A DNA stretch of 64,000 nt from Schmidtea polychroa (taxonomy: Eukaryota): contig CM097887.1 in assembly GCA_044892525.1 (NCBI GenBank), forward strand, positions 25,358,001 to 25,422,000. Direction: 5' to 3'. Made by a program: the position numbers and the translations under genes. Below the pieces are notes generated by a model. It did no database searches. It was not told the origin of the DNA and worked only from the letters and a program-made list of their open reading frames with translations. Below, one piece after another: positions 36,363 through 46,451 of the stretch (positions are counted from its first letter, which is position 1; each line of letters begins with the position of its first letter).

Positions 36363-37775
36363 TTAAAAACTTGTTTTCTGTAGTTCATTATTATAAAATC
36401 TACCTAATATTTTTTCATTATTTAAATCGATGATACCATATGTTATTGGAGTTGTATGATGTATTTTATTTATAATAAAAATTTCATTTGTCCATTTTGC
36501 TGTGAATCCTTTTTCAAATTTATTTTTATATTTAAATATTCTTACGCGGTCACCAATTTTAAACTTTGGTTTTATGGGTGTTGTATCAATATTTACCACT
36601 TTAACGGTTTCGGGATTTATGAGTTCCAAAGGATTCAAGGAAGCATTTAAAGGTGTTAATTTTATAGAACTATGTACATCATTATTATATTCATTTACAA
36701 TCTTTTGTAACAATTCATTGTTCCATTTTTGTTTTCCAATAGCAGTAAAATATTTCCACATTTTATTTTTTAATGTTCTATTTAATCTTTCAACTACGAC
36801 TGCTTTTCCTTCGTTTTCTGTTGAATATAATTTAATATCATTTTCATTTAAAAACTTTGTAAAAACTTTGTTATAAAATTCTGTTCCTTTATCACACCAT
36901 AGATATTTTGGAATTCTTTGATGTTGTTCAAATATATTTTCAAATGCTTCTGTAATAGAATATCCTGTTTTATTTTCTAAACATCTTGCAAAAGCAAATC
37001 TTGTATATAAATCTATTACTGTTAAAATTATTTTATATTTTTCAGGGTCTGATGATTTGGCTGGCATAAAGACTAAATCTGCAGACCATGTTTGATCTTT
37101 TTCATGTACTTGAACTTTTAAATATTTTTTATTTTTTCTAAATTCATGGTGTAATTCATTAGCATATTTTATTTCTGATTCTGTTGGGGTTTGTAAACTA
37201 GTCTTGGCTGTACTCTCGAGGGATCGTTCAATCTCTGCTTGTTCGATAATCTTTTTATTAGCAACATCTTTTGCTTTCCTAGGAAGTCTTGCACCCATGG
37301 TGATCGGACTGTGTCCTAAGCCTATGAAAATCTTACCTTTCATTGCTAATTTAACTAGAGCTCTTTGAATCTTTTCTTGGGTTGATGGATTTTGTATATT
37401 ATTTAAATCATGTATTAAATTCACATCTGCAACATGTCTATCTCTAAGATTTGTTGAATTGTAAGCAATATCATGTTTTAAAGCTGCTTGGTCGATTCTA
37501 TTTATTGGTTCTTCTCCTTGTTTAGGATTATTATTTTCATCTAATCTAATATCTAATCTTGTTCCTGGTCCAGTATAATTGTGACGGAATAAATGTCTTT
37601 CACCTGGATATTTTTCTGTAGTAAAAGGTTTTAATATTGTAGATGTTGTTTTTGAAGATTGTAGGTCGCCTCCTGTAATATCAACTCTCGTATGTTTTTT
37701 AGTTTTTAAATGACTTGCTTTGTGATGTCTTGTAACTTGACAATTACAACTTTCACATGTCCAATATTTACTCAT
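36363..37775 (-). CDS. Integrase with N-terminal C2H2 zinc finger and parvovirus-type PLA2 domain (470 aa)
   Basis: CESC..HHKASHLKTKKH; HNYTGPGT..DQAALKHDIAY..RHVAD; DDE core WSADL, LWCDKGTEF, VERLNRTLK; C-terminal FKIGDRVRI. Confidence 0.93.
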   Translation of the reverse strand: MSKYWTCESCNCQVTRHHKASHLKTKKHTRVDITGGDLQSSKTTSTILKPFTTEKYPGERHLFRHNYTGPGTRLDIRLDENNNPKQGEEPINRIDQAALKHDIAYNSTNLRDRHVADVNLIHDLNNIQNPSTQEKIQRALVKLAMKGKIFIGLGHSPITMGARLPRKAKDVANKKIIEQAEIERSLESTAKTSLQTPTESEIKYANELHHEFRKNKKYLKVQVHEKDQTWSADLVFMPAKSSDPEKYKIILTVIDLYTRFAFARCLENKTGYSITEAFENIFEQHQRIPKYLWCDKGTEFYNKVFTKFLNENDIKLYSTENEGKAVVVERLNRTLKNKMWKYFTAIGKQKWNNELLQKIVNEYNNDVHSSIKLTPLNASLNPLELINPETVKVVNIDTTPIKPKFKIGDRVRIFKYKNKFEKGFTAKWTNEIFIINKIHHTTPITYGIIDLNNEKILGRFYNNELQKTSF

Positions 37776-37804
37776 TTTAAAAGTTTTTTTATGGGGGAAT
37801 CTAC

Positions 37805-39100
37805 TTATGAAGAATCTCCCCTAACATTTTCAATAATTGAAATCTTTCCACCATATAATTTCATTTCTATTTTCTTTTCTTCTAATATTAATGTATATAC
37901 TTTAGCTTTAAAATTAGAATCCTTTGTTATATGAAGTGTAACATCAACATTATTTATGGCTAGGCGATCATCTTGGTCTGAAACATTTATACAAAATATA
38001 GAATATAAATTTTTGAAATCTTCTAAACTTAATTGCGGTTCAACTTTGAAATCATAACATGTTTCAATATAATTTAGATATGGGAATATGTTTTCATTAT
38101 TTTCAATATTAAATTCCATTCTATTTATTGGATAATAAGAACTATTTAATTGAATTTGGATTGTTTTTAAATTATCATTTCCAATCTTTTGAATAAACAA
38201 GTTGTTATTTTTTTGAAATGATGGATCTGTTTCTTTGAATCCAATCAAGATATATCTTGGTCGGTATGCTAAATTTGCCACCTTTATAGAATATGTTGAA
38301 CCCTCTGTCATACTAAATTCACTACAGATTCTATTTAAATAATTTACATTTATAGACTTGTTGGAATTTAATCTTTCAAGGAGTTTGATTTCAGAATGTG
38401 GATTTAATGTCCATTCAGGTATATGCAATTCAAGTGTTGATAATTTTAATTTAGCTTTTGTATCTGCAGCTCCATAGAACAATCTTTTATCACCTTCTAG
38501 TCTATTACAGATGAGTTCTATAAAAACATTATGGAGCACCCGGTTATAGTTTTGAAGGAATCCGAACAAGTGTTTTAATTCAAAATAACCTTCAAATTTT
38601 TTCAACTTATAAAGTTCAACTCTTTTATAGTAAGCATAATTTATATCTAAACCATCTTTATCTAAATCCCCTTTATTAACATCAGGAATCCAACCTGTTA
38701 ATTCACCATATTCGTTTTTATAATCACAACCAGTTAAAATAAAATTTAACATTGTAGAATATACTCCTGGATGCAAAACAGTTTCAATTTCTGATGATCC
38801 TAGTTTTAATCTCATGTTGGAGAATAAATTTGGAAAGAAATTATTTTCTAGGGTTATATCTTTGTTTGCTTCAATTTCTAATTCAATTTTATAATATAAT
38901 TTGGCATTACAAATATCTACTGGGTTTGATGTTTGAAGAGATTGAAAAACTATATCACCCCTACGATTTAAGTTTGCAATAGATCCTGAAGTTGGCAAGA
39001 TTTTTAAAATATCATTTTTCTTGATTTCATGAGTAAATTCTTTATTATAATCAAGATTTAATTTATTTTTTTCTTGAATTTTAAGATTTATATTATTCAT
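37805..39100 (-). CDS. Polinton major capsid protein (double jelly-roll, 431 aa)
   Basis: NNFFPNLFSNMRLKLG, RPRYILIGF, IQLNSSYYP and FKNLYSIFCINVS fit the Maverick capsid pattern, as do size and context. Confidence 0.85.
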   Translation of the reverse strand: MNNINLKIQEKNKLNLDYNKEFTHEIKKNDILKILPTSGSIANLNRRGDIVFQSLQTSNPVDICNAKLYYKIELEIEANKDITLENNFFPNLFSNMRLKLGSSEIETVLHPGVYSTMLNFILTGCDYKNEYGELTGWIPDVNKGDLDKDGLDINYAYYKRVELYKLKKFEGYFELKHLFGFLQNYNRVLHNVFIELICNRLEGDKRLFYGAADTKAKLKLSTLELHIPEWTLNPHSEIKLLERLNSNKSINVNYLNRICSEFSMTEGSTYSIKVANLAYRPRYILIGFKETDPSFQKNNNLFIQKIGNDNLKTIQIQLNSSYYPINRMEFNIENNENIFPYLNYIETCYDFKVEPQLSLEDFKNLYSIFCINVSDQDDRLAINNVDVTLHITKDSNFKAKVYTLILEEKKIEMKLYGGKISIIENVRGDSS

Positions 39101-39132
39101 TTTTATAATAAAAATTTAAAAAATGATAAAAA

Positions 39133-39219
39133 TCCGAACTCCGATAGCGCAGTGGGCTAGACTGGCACAGTGGTTCAAATAGATAGCGGTTCAAATCCTA
39201 ACTACGGTTAGTTTTTTTT
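39133..39219 (+). ncRNA. Putative Pol III small RNA cassette 1 (copy B)
   Basis: A-box 39145-39155, B-box 39188-39198, C(UACG)G hairpin 39198-39211, T8 run 39212-39219. Confidence 0.6.
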
Positions 39220-39350
39220 AACATAAAATAATATTAAAAATTTGAAAATAATATTGAAAATGGTGTGGGTATCTTAGATTTATATTTTATTTTATTTATT
39301 TTATTTTATTTTATTTTTTTATTAATTAAAAATTTAAAAAATGACAAAAA

Positions 39351-39438
39351 TCCGAACTCCGATAGCGCAGTGGGAATAGACTGGCATTGTGGTTCAAATG
39401 CTAGCGGTTCAAATCACGTCTGAGGTTAGTTTTTTTTT
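39351..39438 (+). ncRNA. Putative Pol III small RNA cassette 2 (copy B)
   Basis: A-box 39363-39373, B-box 39406-39416, T9 run 39430-39438; identical to 465-552. Confidence 0.58.
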
Positions 39439-40066
39439 CAACATAAAATAATATTAAAAATTTGAAAATAATATTGAAAATAATTTTTGAAAATAAATAT
39501 TAAAAAAATATATAGTGTGGGTATCTTAGGAAATAAATCTTGTTTATTTTATTTATTTATTAATTAATTAATTTTTAAACATAAATATGAAAAAAAAATA
39601 TTGAAACGGGTGATGGTGGCGAACCGGTAATTATCGCCACCAGTCTTTCGAACACCCCCGGATCGATTCTATAATGTGCACATTTATTTCTTGGTTGTTT
39701 TCGGACCTCTTTCGGATTCGCTTTCGAATTCATTTGTACTTTCGAGCAGCACACTTAAAACGCCGATGAAATCGACTTCGTGAGCGAGAAGCGAATAATA
39801 AGGTGTGCTGCTATTATCGAATTGATTCTGATATATAAGTCTGGCCAGCTTGTATATTGGAAGAGATTTGATAAACGAAAGAGGTTGAAATAAAAAAAAA
39901 ATGATCCGGATCAAAAAAAACTGTTGAGAGGACAGTGAAAAAAAAAAAAAATACCACTGTCCTCTCAGAGCAGTTTTACTATTTTCATAAAATTTTTTAT
40001 TCTTCAAGATTAAGATTTATAAAATTATAAATTAGTCAAATAGCAACTTGCTAGTTGACATCCTCA

Positions 40067-40130
40067 AGTAGTGTGTTTATATCCCTAACGACCGCAAGCC
40101 GACAAACGTTTTTCATAGTTTTATCAGTAT
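40067..40130 (+). repeat. Internal degenerate copy of the Polinton terminus
   Basis: AGTAGTGTGTTTATATCCCTAACGACCGCAAGCC..., inverted relative to the right TIR; also at 1180-1243. Confidence 0.8.
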
Positions 40131-40639
40131 TTTTCTCCGTTTTATTAATATTTTTGTTGTTTTTTTTAATATTTTTGTTGTTTTTTTTAAGTCTTTATTT
40201 TGAAACCAAAATGTCTTCAGAATAAAGAAATTAAAAGATATAGGTTTTTAAGGTTTTAAGTGTTTTTTTTACGTTTATGGGGGAAAAATAGGTATAAAAC
40301 ATGAAAACAGTGGGAGGCTTGTGGTCGTGAGGGATATATCCCCACTACTTTATTGTAATTAAAGGAAATCGAAATGAAAATAATTAAATAATGAAAATAA
40401 TTAATAGCATCAAATTTACTGTTTGCAAAGCTTTGAACCGCTTTTGTCACACCCGAAGTGTTCCAAAATCGCAACTTCTGACCCATCTTCAATCTTGCAA
40501 TGTAGATCGATGTGCTGCCAAGAAGCCATAGATCTCATGCAACCTTTTAAGCAGATTTATTTGATCGAGAATCTCAATCTTGAGTTTTCAAGGTTTTTCT
40601 CGAAAATTTTATAATTTTTTACGATTTTCAAGGGGTTTC

Positions 40640-41674
40640 AACGATACTTTATTGACTGTTCAGATCAAAGTTGTAGATAAAGATAGAAACATTTTGGATG
40701 ACAATGCAGATGTATTACCGAACAATTTCCTGTTACACACTCTTTTTAAAGATGCAGTTCTCGGATTTAATAATATCAAGATTGAGGGTGGTAATAATAC
40801 ATTCATTCACAAAGCTCTAATAGAAACTATTTTGAATTACAATTCCGATACTAAGAATGCATATCTTACTCTTATGCGGCAACAGATGATGAAAGAAAAA
40901 AGTGGATTAAAGGCTCAAAGCTTTTCACTATATACTCGATTTTATGGATCAACCGAAATATTTACTACCAGTAGTTAATGTACACATTAGACTGAAAAGG
41001 TCCGATTCTGCATTATTTCTTACTGGTACAGATGCATCAGTATTTCAATTAGTTGATGCGAAATTATTTGTCCGAAGAGTTCGAGTAGACCCTCAGTATT
41101 AGCGGGTCATCAATTGGGCCTTAATTCAAAACATGCAATTTATCCATTAAAAACAAAGGAAATTGTACAATTTGCTATTGCTAAAGGTGCTTCATCATTC
41201 TATAAAGAACAAATACTTGGTGACAGAAGAATGCCTAATTTTATCCTGATAACATTTCAAAGTGAAACACAATATAATGGATCATATACTGCTTCCAGCT
41301 CAATTTTTAAAAACTTTGGTATTACATCATTGACTTTGTAGGAAAATACTGATTATAGAGAAACATACACTCAAGATTTCGAGAGTGATAATTACTGTGC
41401 TACATATATGCAGATTATTGTTAGAAATCTTGGTTATTTAGATAAAAACTTGAAGTGTGGAATAACTCTTGAAGAATTAAAAACCAAATACTCATTTTTC
41501 ACATTTGTTTTAGCCCCCGATTTTGATTTAAGTCAGAGTTAATTACCACAAAACGGAAGTTTACGACTGGATATAAAGTTTGCAAAAGCCATTACTGATC
41601 CTGAGCATGTTATAATATATGGAGTATTTGAAAATGAAGTTCAAATTACTTTAAATACAATAGTGCTGGTATAA
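40640..41674 (+). pseudogene. Degraded major capsid gene of a second, older Polinton family
   Basis: NNFLLHTLFKD..KALIETILNY, YPLK..QFAI..G..MPNFILITF..YNG and FTFVLAPD..GSLRLDIKF..YGVFENEVQI, with stops and frameshifts. Confidence 0.85.
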
Positions 41675-42075
41675 ATGTATACAGAAATTATGTTAAAGTT
41701 ATCATGGAGTAAGTTTTTGATTTATTATTTAATTTAGTAAAGTAGGTTAATCGAATTGGAAAACAAATATTAGGAAATGAATTTGTAGGAGTTTTTCCTT
41801 TCGATAAAATTCCTTATCTCATCAATAAGCAAGCCATAATCGTCAATACTCAATCGTCTCATCTTGGTGGAGGATATTGAAGAGCTATTATATGAAACCT
41901 GGAAATATATTCGTGTTCGATCCTACGGGCTTCTAGCATCCGGCTTTGTTGATATCAAAACTTCAAAGAATGGGGAAACCTATTGTGTATAATAAAACTA
42001 TGTTTCAAAATCCATTGACTCAAACATCTGTTCAACACTGTTTGGCATGGTCGTTGTGTAAAAAATTTGATGTTT
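41675..42075 (+). pseudogene. Degraded adenain-like Polinton cysteine protease
   Basis: FVGVFPFDKIP..IIVNTQSSHLGGGY*RAI..FVFDPTG..NKTMFQNPLTQTSVQHC; catalytic HW changed to Y* and the CG motif decayed. Confidence 0.75.
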
Positions 42076-42419
42076 AATAAATATATTTAATAAATGCTTT
42101 GTTGTTATTTAATAAGCAATATGACATTCAGTGCGTGTTATTATTTTAACCAGAAATGTACTTTGTGAACGCTTTGGATTGTTAACAAAGAGATGATTAC
42201 ATCATCATTATTATTATTTTAACAACTAGAGTTCACACATGCAACGGAAACATTCATGGACACATACACACATGATTGATTAATAATGCCTTAAATGATG
42301 AAAATAATTAAAATGTACTTTGTGCACAGTAACATTGACTACATCATCAGTATTTTAACAACTACAGTTCACAATTGCAACGGTAACATTCATGGATCCA
42401 TACAAATTCGAAAATCTAT

Positions 42420-42977
42420 CGTATTAGGGAGATGGTAAATTTATTTATTTTTAATTTTATATCTATTAATATTTAATTTTAGAAAGGCGACAAGTTAGTG
42501 CACAACTATTTCAGGTGAATAAAAATAATGGAAATAAAGAAAATGGTAAATTTATTATTAATATTTAAAGTTAATAAAATTATTATTTAGATAATTATAT
42601 TGGAGAATGGTATGATATTTCCGAAAACGAGGATTTACTGAATTTAAACGATATATGTGGATATATTACTGATTTATAGTCTTCAAACTCTCTTTTTAAT
42701 AAATTCAATGGAAAAAATAATCAGTGGTGAAATTGGAAGAAATAAAAGGTCTTATAATAATGATATATGTGGAGCTGGTAAATTATTATAATTTTAATGA
42801 TTAAAAATTAAAAGTACATTTTAGGAAATGCTATAACTTCAACCATTGATATTGATGACTCTATTTTTATTAATGTTCCAGCCAATAATTATGAATCAAA
42901 TAAGGTTAATTCTCCAGTGTATATTTATGCATCAGTGGATAATTATGTTGACAATACCGATATTATGTCGGCTAAAT
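42420..42977 (+). pseudogene. Host gene segment with small phase-1 introns, disrupted by a retroposon insertion
   Basis: GT-AG introns 42435-42482, 42546-42590 and 42778-42824. Exons of 63, 75 (insert removed) and 153 nt join without stops; Tyr-rich tail (NNYES, YIYASV). Confidence 0.6.
42662..42761 (+). mobile_element. 5'-truncated non-LTR retroposon or SINE 3' end
   Basis: 12-bp TSD GATATATGTGGA (42650-42661, 42762-42773); ends cttataataat; related copies at about 13365-13450 and 55720-55800. Confidence 0.75.
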
Positions 42978-44170
42978 GTAAAATTTTTTATTTTTTAATA
43001 TACTTATTAAAAATATATTAAAAATATTAAAATTATTATTTTGATTAATAATAATGATAAATTTGAATTTTAAATGTAAATTACAATGCATTTCAATAAA
43101 TTGCTAAATCTCTTATAATTGTAAAATTTCTTTAAATTTATATTTTATCGAAATTTATGTTTTAATGAAATTTATCACTATTATTAATTATTTACAAATG
43201 TGAATTACATGATCAATAAAGGGAAATAATAGTTATGAAATGGATGTTATGACAGTTCGCAGTGAGCATGCAACTATATAATAATAATAATGACAATGTT
43301 AAAATCGAAAAAATGGGGGTTACTAATCTTATCATTAGACTCCAACTATATATATAAAAAGTTAATATGAATATAAATACAAATTTTTAGTGTGGTTGCG
43401 TGTATTTTATGAATTAAATAAAACAAAACCAACTTAATTAATTTTAATTTTAACTTAGTTAATTTTAAAATTGTGCAAAAGAAAAAATACAAAGTATGGA
43501 TTTATTAATCCCTGTTGTTTTTCGTAGCCTGCAAAAAATCGTTGGCTCCTGTGTAGCACAACGATCGCAAAGTCAACAAAAAAATGGTCAAGCAAGAGGG
43601 ATGATTTTGGGGCTCCCAGGAAATACAAAAGTAAGTCAGAAATACTTTGTATTCGTTTAAATTATCAAATATCACAACACAGGGATAATTATAATATTCT
43701 TCAACAGTGAATCTCTTTACCATGGAATTAACAACTGTTTCGTTTCAGTAATTTCCGCAAATATTCTAGTTTCAAATTATCTCCTGAGTTTCACAACTAA
43801 TTTTCAACAATGTTGTTTTCAATTTATAATCTATTGAGCACAGCTGTATTTTGATATTGAATTTTCATTCTGCTTAAGTGCTATTCTGAACGTCTAATTA
43901 ACTCGACAGCTGTTTTCTAATGGAACAATTTCGTTTTTGGTTTTTCCCAATCCCAAGTACTTTGTACTTTTTTAATTAATCACTTTTCGTTTTATTTTCT
44001 ATTTTCGTCCTACTTTTTTTCCGTCATTGGTTCNNNNNNNNNNNNNNNNNNNNNNNNNNNNNNNNNNNNNNNNNNNNNNNNNNNNNNNNNNNNNNNNNNN
44101 NNNNNNNNNNNNNNNNNNNNNNNNNNNNNNNNNNNNNNNNNNNNNNNNNNNNNNNNNNNNNNNNNNNNNN

Positions 44171-46246
44171 NAAGTCGCGGTTTTTTTCAGACGCTGACGG
44201 TGCTGCGACTTAAATAAAGGAGCGACTTATATAATAAGTTTAATCACGTGCCGTTTCTATAATAAATCTAAATGTAATCAACAATTTGTGACTGTTCTGT
44301 CTTTGATGAACTGATAATTGATGCCGTGGTTATCAAAGGCCCTTTTTGTAATATGATACAATCATAAACCATCACCATCATTATAATATATCTAAGACGC
44401 CATATAGCCTATTTCGTAAACCAAGCTTACAGGATGTCTAGGCTAGGCGAACTGCCGCCATGTTGGCGTGTCAGTTTAACTGCCGATCTGATTGGTCATT
44501 TCGGACCCTGGATCCGAAATTTGAGAGCCCATCAAACAAATGTCAGCTTTAATCACCAGATGGCAGTGTATATAAGACCACTGTAATAGATTTCCTGTCA
44601 AAACAATTTAATTTTTCAAATTAAAATATACCGAAAGTTTAGTGCAAAATGAGTTCCAACAAAACAAGGAAATCGTACACTGCCGAGTTTAAGCTGCAAA
44701 CTATCAAATTTGCTGAGGAAAACGGCAATCGAGCGACTGAGCGGCGATTTAATATTAGTGAAAAACTAGTTCGAGATTGGCGAAAATCAAAAGATGCGCT
44801 GTTGCTGACAAAAAGAACCAAGCGGGCGAATCGAGGTCATAAAGCAAGATGGCCGGGACTGGAAAATCAGCTTTCTAAGTTTATTGTGGAGCAGCGAGCT
44901 CAAGGTCGCGGAATATCAACCGTCCAAGTTCGTCTTAAGGCCAAAGAAATAGCGAATGATCTGGTAATTGATGAATTCATTGGTGGACCATCTTGGTGTT
45001 TTCGTTTCATGAAGCGCCAGCAGCTCTGCATCAGATCAAGAACGACCATGTGTCAACAACTGCCTGCTGACTACATCGAAAAAATCCGGAATTTTCGTGA
45101 ATTCATTTATTCAAAAGTCGCGAAATATGAAATCATTCCAGATCATATTATCAACATGGATGAAGTTCCACTCACCTTCGATATTCCTCTGGGTCGAACT
45201 CTCAATAACAAAGGTGAGAAAACGATCAACATAAGAACAACTGGCCACGAGAAATCGCAGTTTACGGTCGTGCTGTCATGCTGTGGTGATGGAAGGAAGC
45301 TTCCTCCAATGATAATCTTCAAAAGGAAAACCATTTCCCAACAACGTGATCATTCAAACCAACGCAAAGGGATGGATGAATGAAGAAATGATGAACATAT
45401 GGTTGGAGAGATGTTTCAAAAAGAGGCCTGACGGATTCTTCAAAACTAAAAAGGCATTGCTCGTAATGGACAGTATGCGAGCTCACATCACAGAGAACAT
45501 AAAAACGAAAGTTAAAGGCAACAACTCGATTCCTGTCATTATACCAGGTGGTCTGACGAAGGTGCTACAACCTCTGGATATTTCTGTCAACCGAAGTTTC
45601 AAGGTCCATCTGCGTCGTTTGTGGGAAAGATGGATGACCAGCGGTGAACATAGCTTTACGGCAACAGGTCGCATGCGTCATGCCACTTTTGCGGAAGTGG
45701 CCAAATGGGTGGTCGAGGCATGGGATAAATTGAATCCGGCGATTATCACCAGTGGATTCAAGAAAGCGGAAATCTTACTGGCAGACAATGATGACAACGA
45801 CGACTCTGATAGCGATGATGATGATGACAACTATGAACTGACTGTACCAGATGAAATTGCTCAATTATTTGAAAGCGATACTGAAGATGAAGGCTTTAAT
45901 GGATTTAATGGATTTACAGACTCTGATTTTTATTGATAAATTTAACTTCATTAATCGACATTTATAACTTAGGCATTTCGTTTTATTGATATAAATAATT
46001 TCTCTATAAATTAAAAAGAAATATTCCACGTTATTAAATACTTGCGCTAAATGATTTTTGTTCTCACCTCTTCTCTTTAGTGTCTTTAATTAAACTTGGC
46101 GACCACCACCGAACAAAGTAAACATTTCCGCAGAGGCATGCTTATTACTGTATAAGTGCGACTTAAATAACGGAGCGACTTATATATTAATTTTTCCAAA
46201 ATTTTAGCCATTTTTTACAATTGCGACTTATACACAGGAGCGACTT
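44171..46246 (+). mobile_element. pogo-family DNA transposon (termini fall in N-gaps)
   Basis: Subterminal gcgactta(a/t)ata repeats on both sides of a pogo transposase. Confidence 0.85.
44649..45936 (+). pseudogene. pogo/Tigger DD35D transposase, one frameshift
   Basis: BrkDBD-like YTAEFKL, CENP-B HTH, NMDEVP, LLVMDS, QPLD; frame break at about 45330-45350; acidic C-terminal tail. Confidence 0.92.
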
Positions 46247-46451
46247 NNNNNNNNNNNNNNNNNNNNNNNNNNNNNNNNNNNNNNNNNNNNNNNNNNNNNN
46301 NNNNNNNNNNNNNNNNNNNNNNNNNNNNNNNNNNNNNNNNNNNNNNNNNNNNNNNNNNNNNNNNNNNNNNNNNNNNNNNNNNNNNNNNNNNNNNNNNNNN
46401 NNNNNNNNNNNNNNNNNNNNNNNNNNNNNNNNNNNNNNNNNNNNNNNNNNN

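Larger units (their letters stand above)
30249..40349. mobile_element. Polinton/Maverick (adintovirus-like) copy B, 10,101 bp
   Basis: 5'-AGTAGT...ACTACT-3' ends, 45-bp TIR with 2 mismatches, 6-bp TSD TTATTG (30243-30248, 40350-40355); pPolB, ATPase, integrase and capsid genes. Confidence 0.97.

Noticed and set aside
33573-38982. Short ORFs overlapping Polinton genes on the opposite strand or frame
   Set aside because: Shadow ORFs with no motifs.
34921-39115. Poxvirus-like TAAAATG late promoter before every Polinton ORF
   Set aside because: The same context precedes the non-Polinton ORF at 12909 and fits an A-rich Kozak consensus in an AT-rich genome.
43530-43600. Fifth copy of the LTR peptide (CYTGAND)
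   Set aside because: Only four residues match, and the spacing from TGTTG is wrong.
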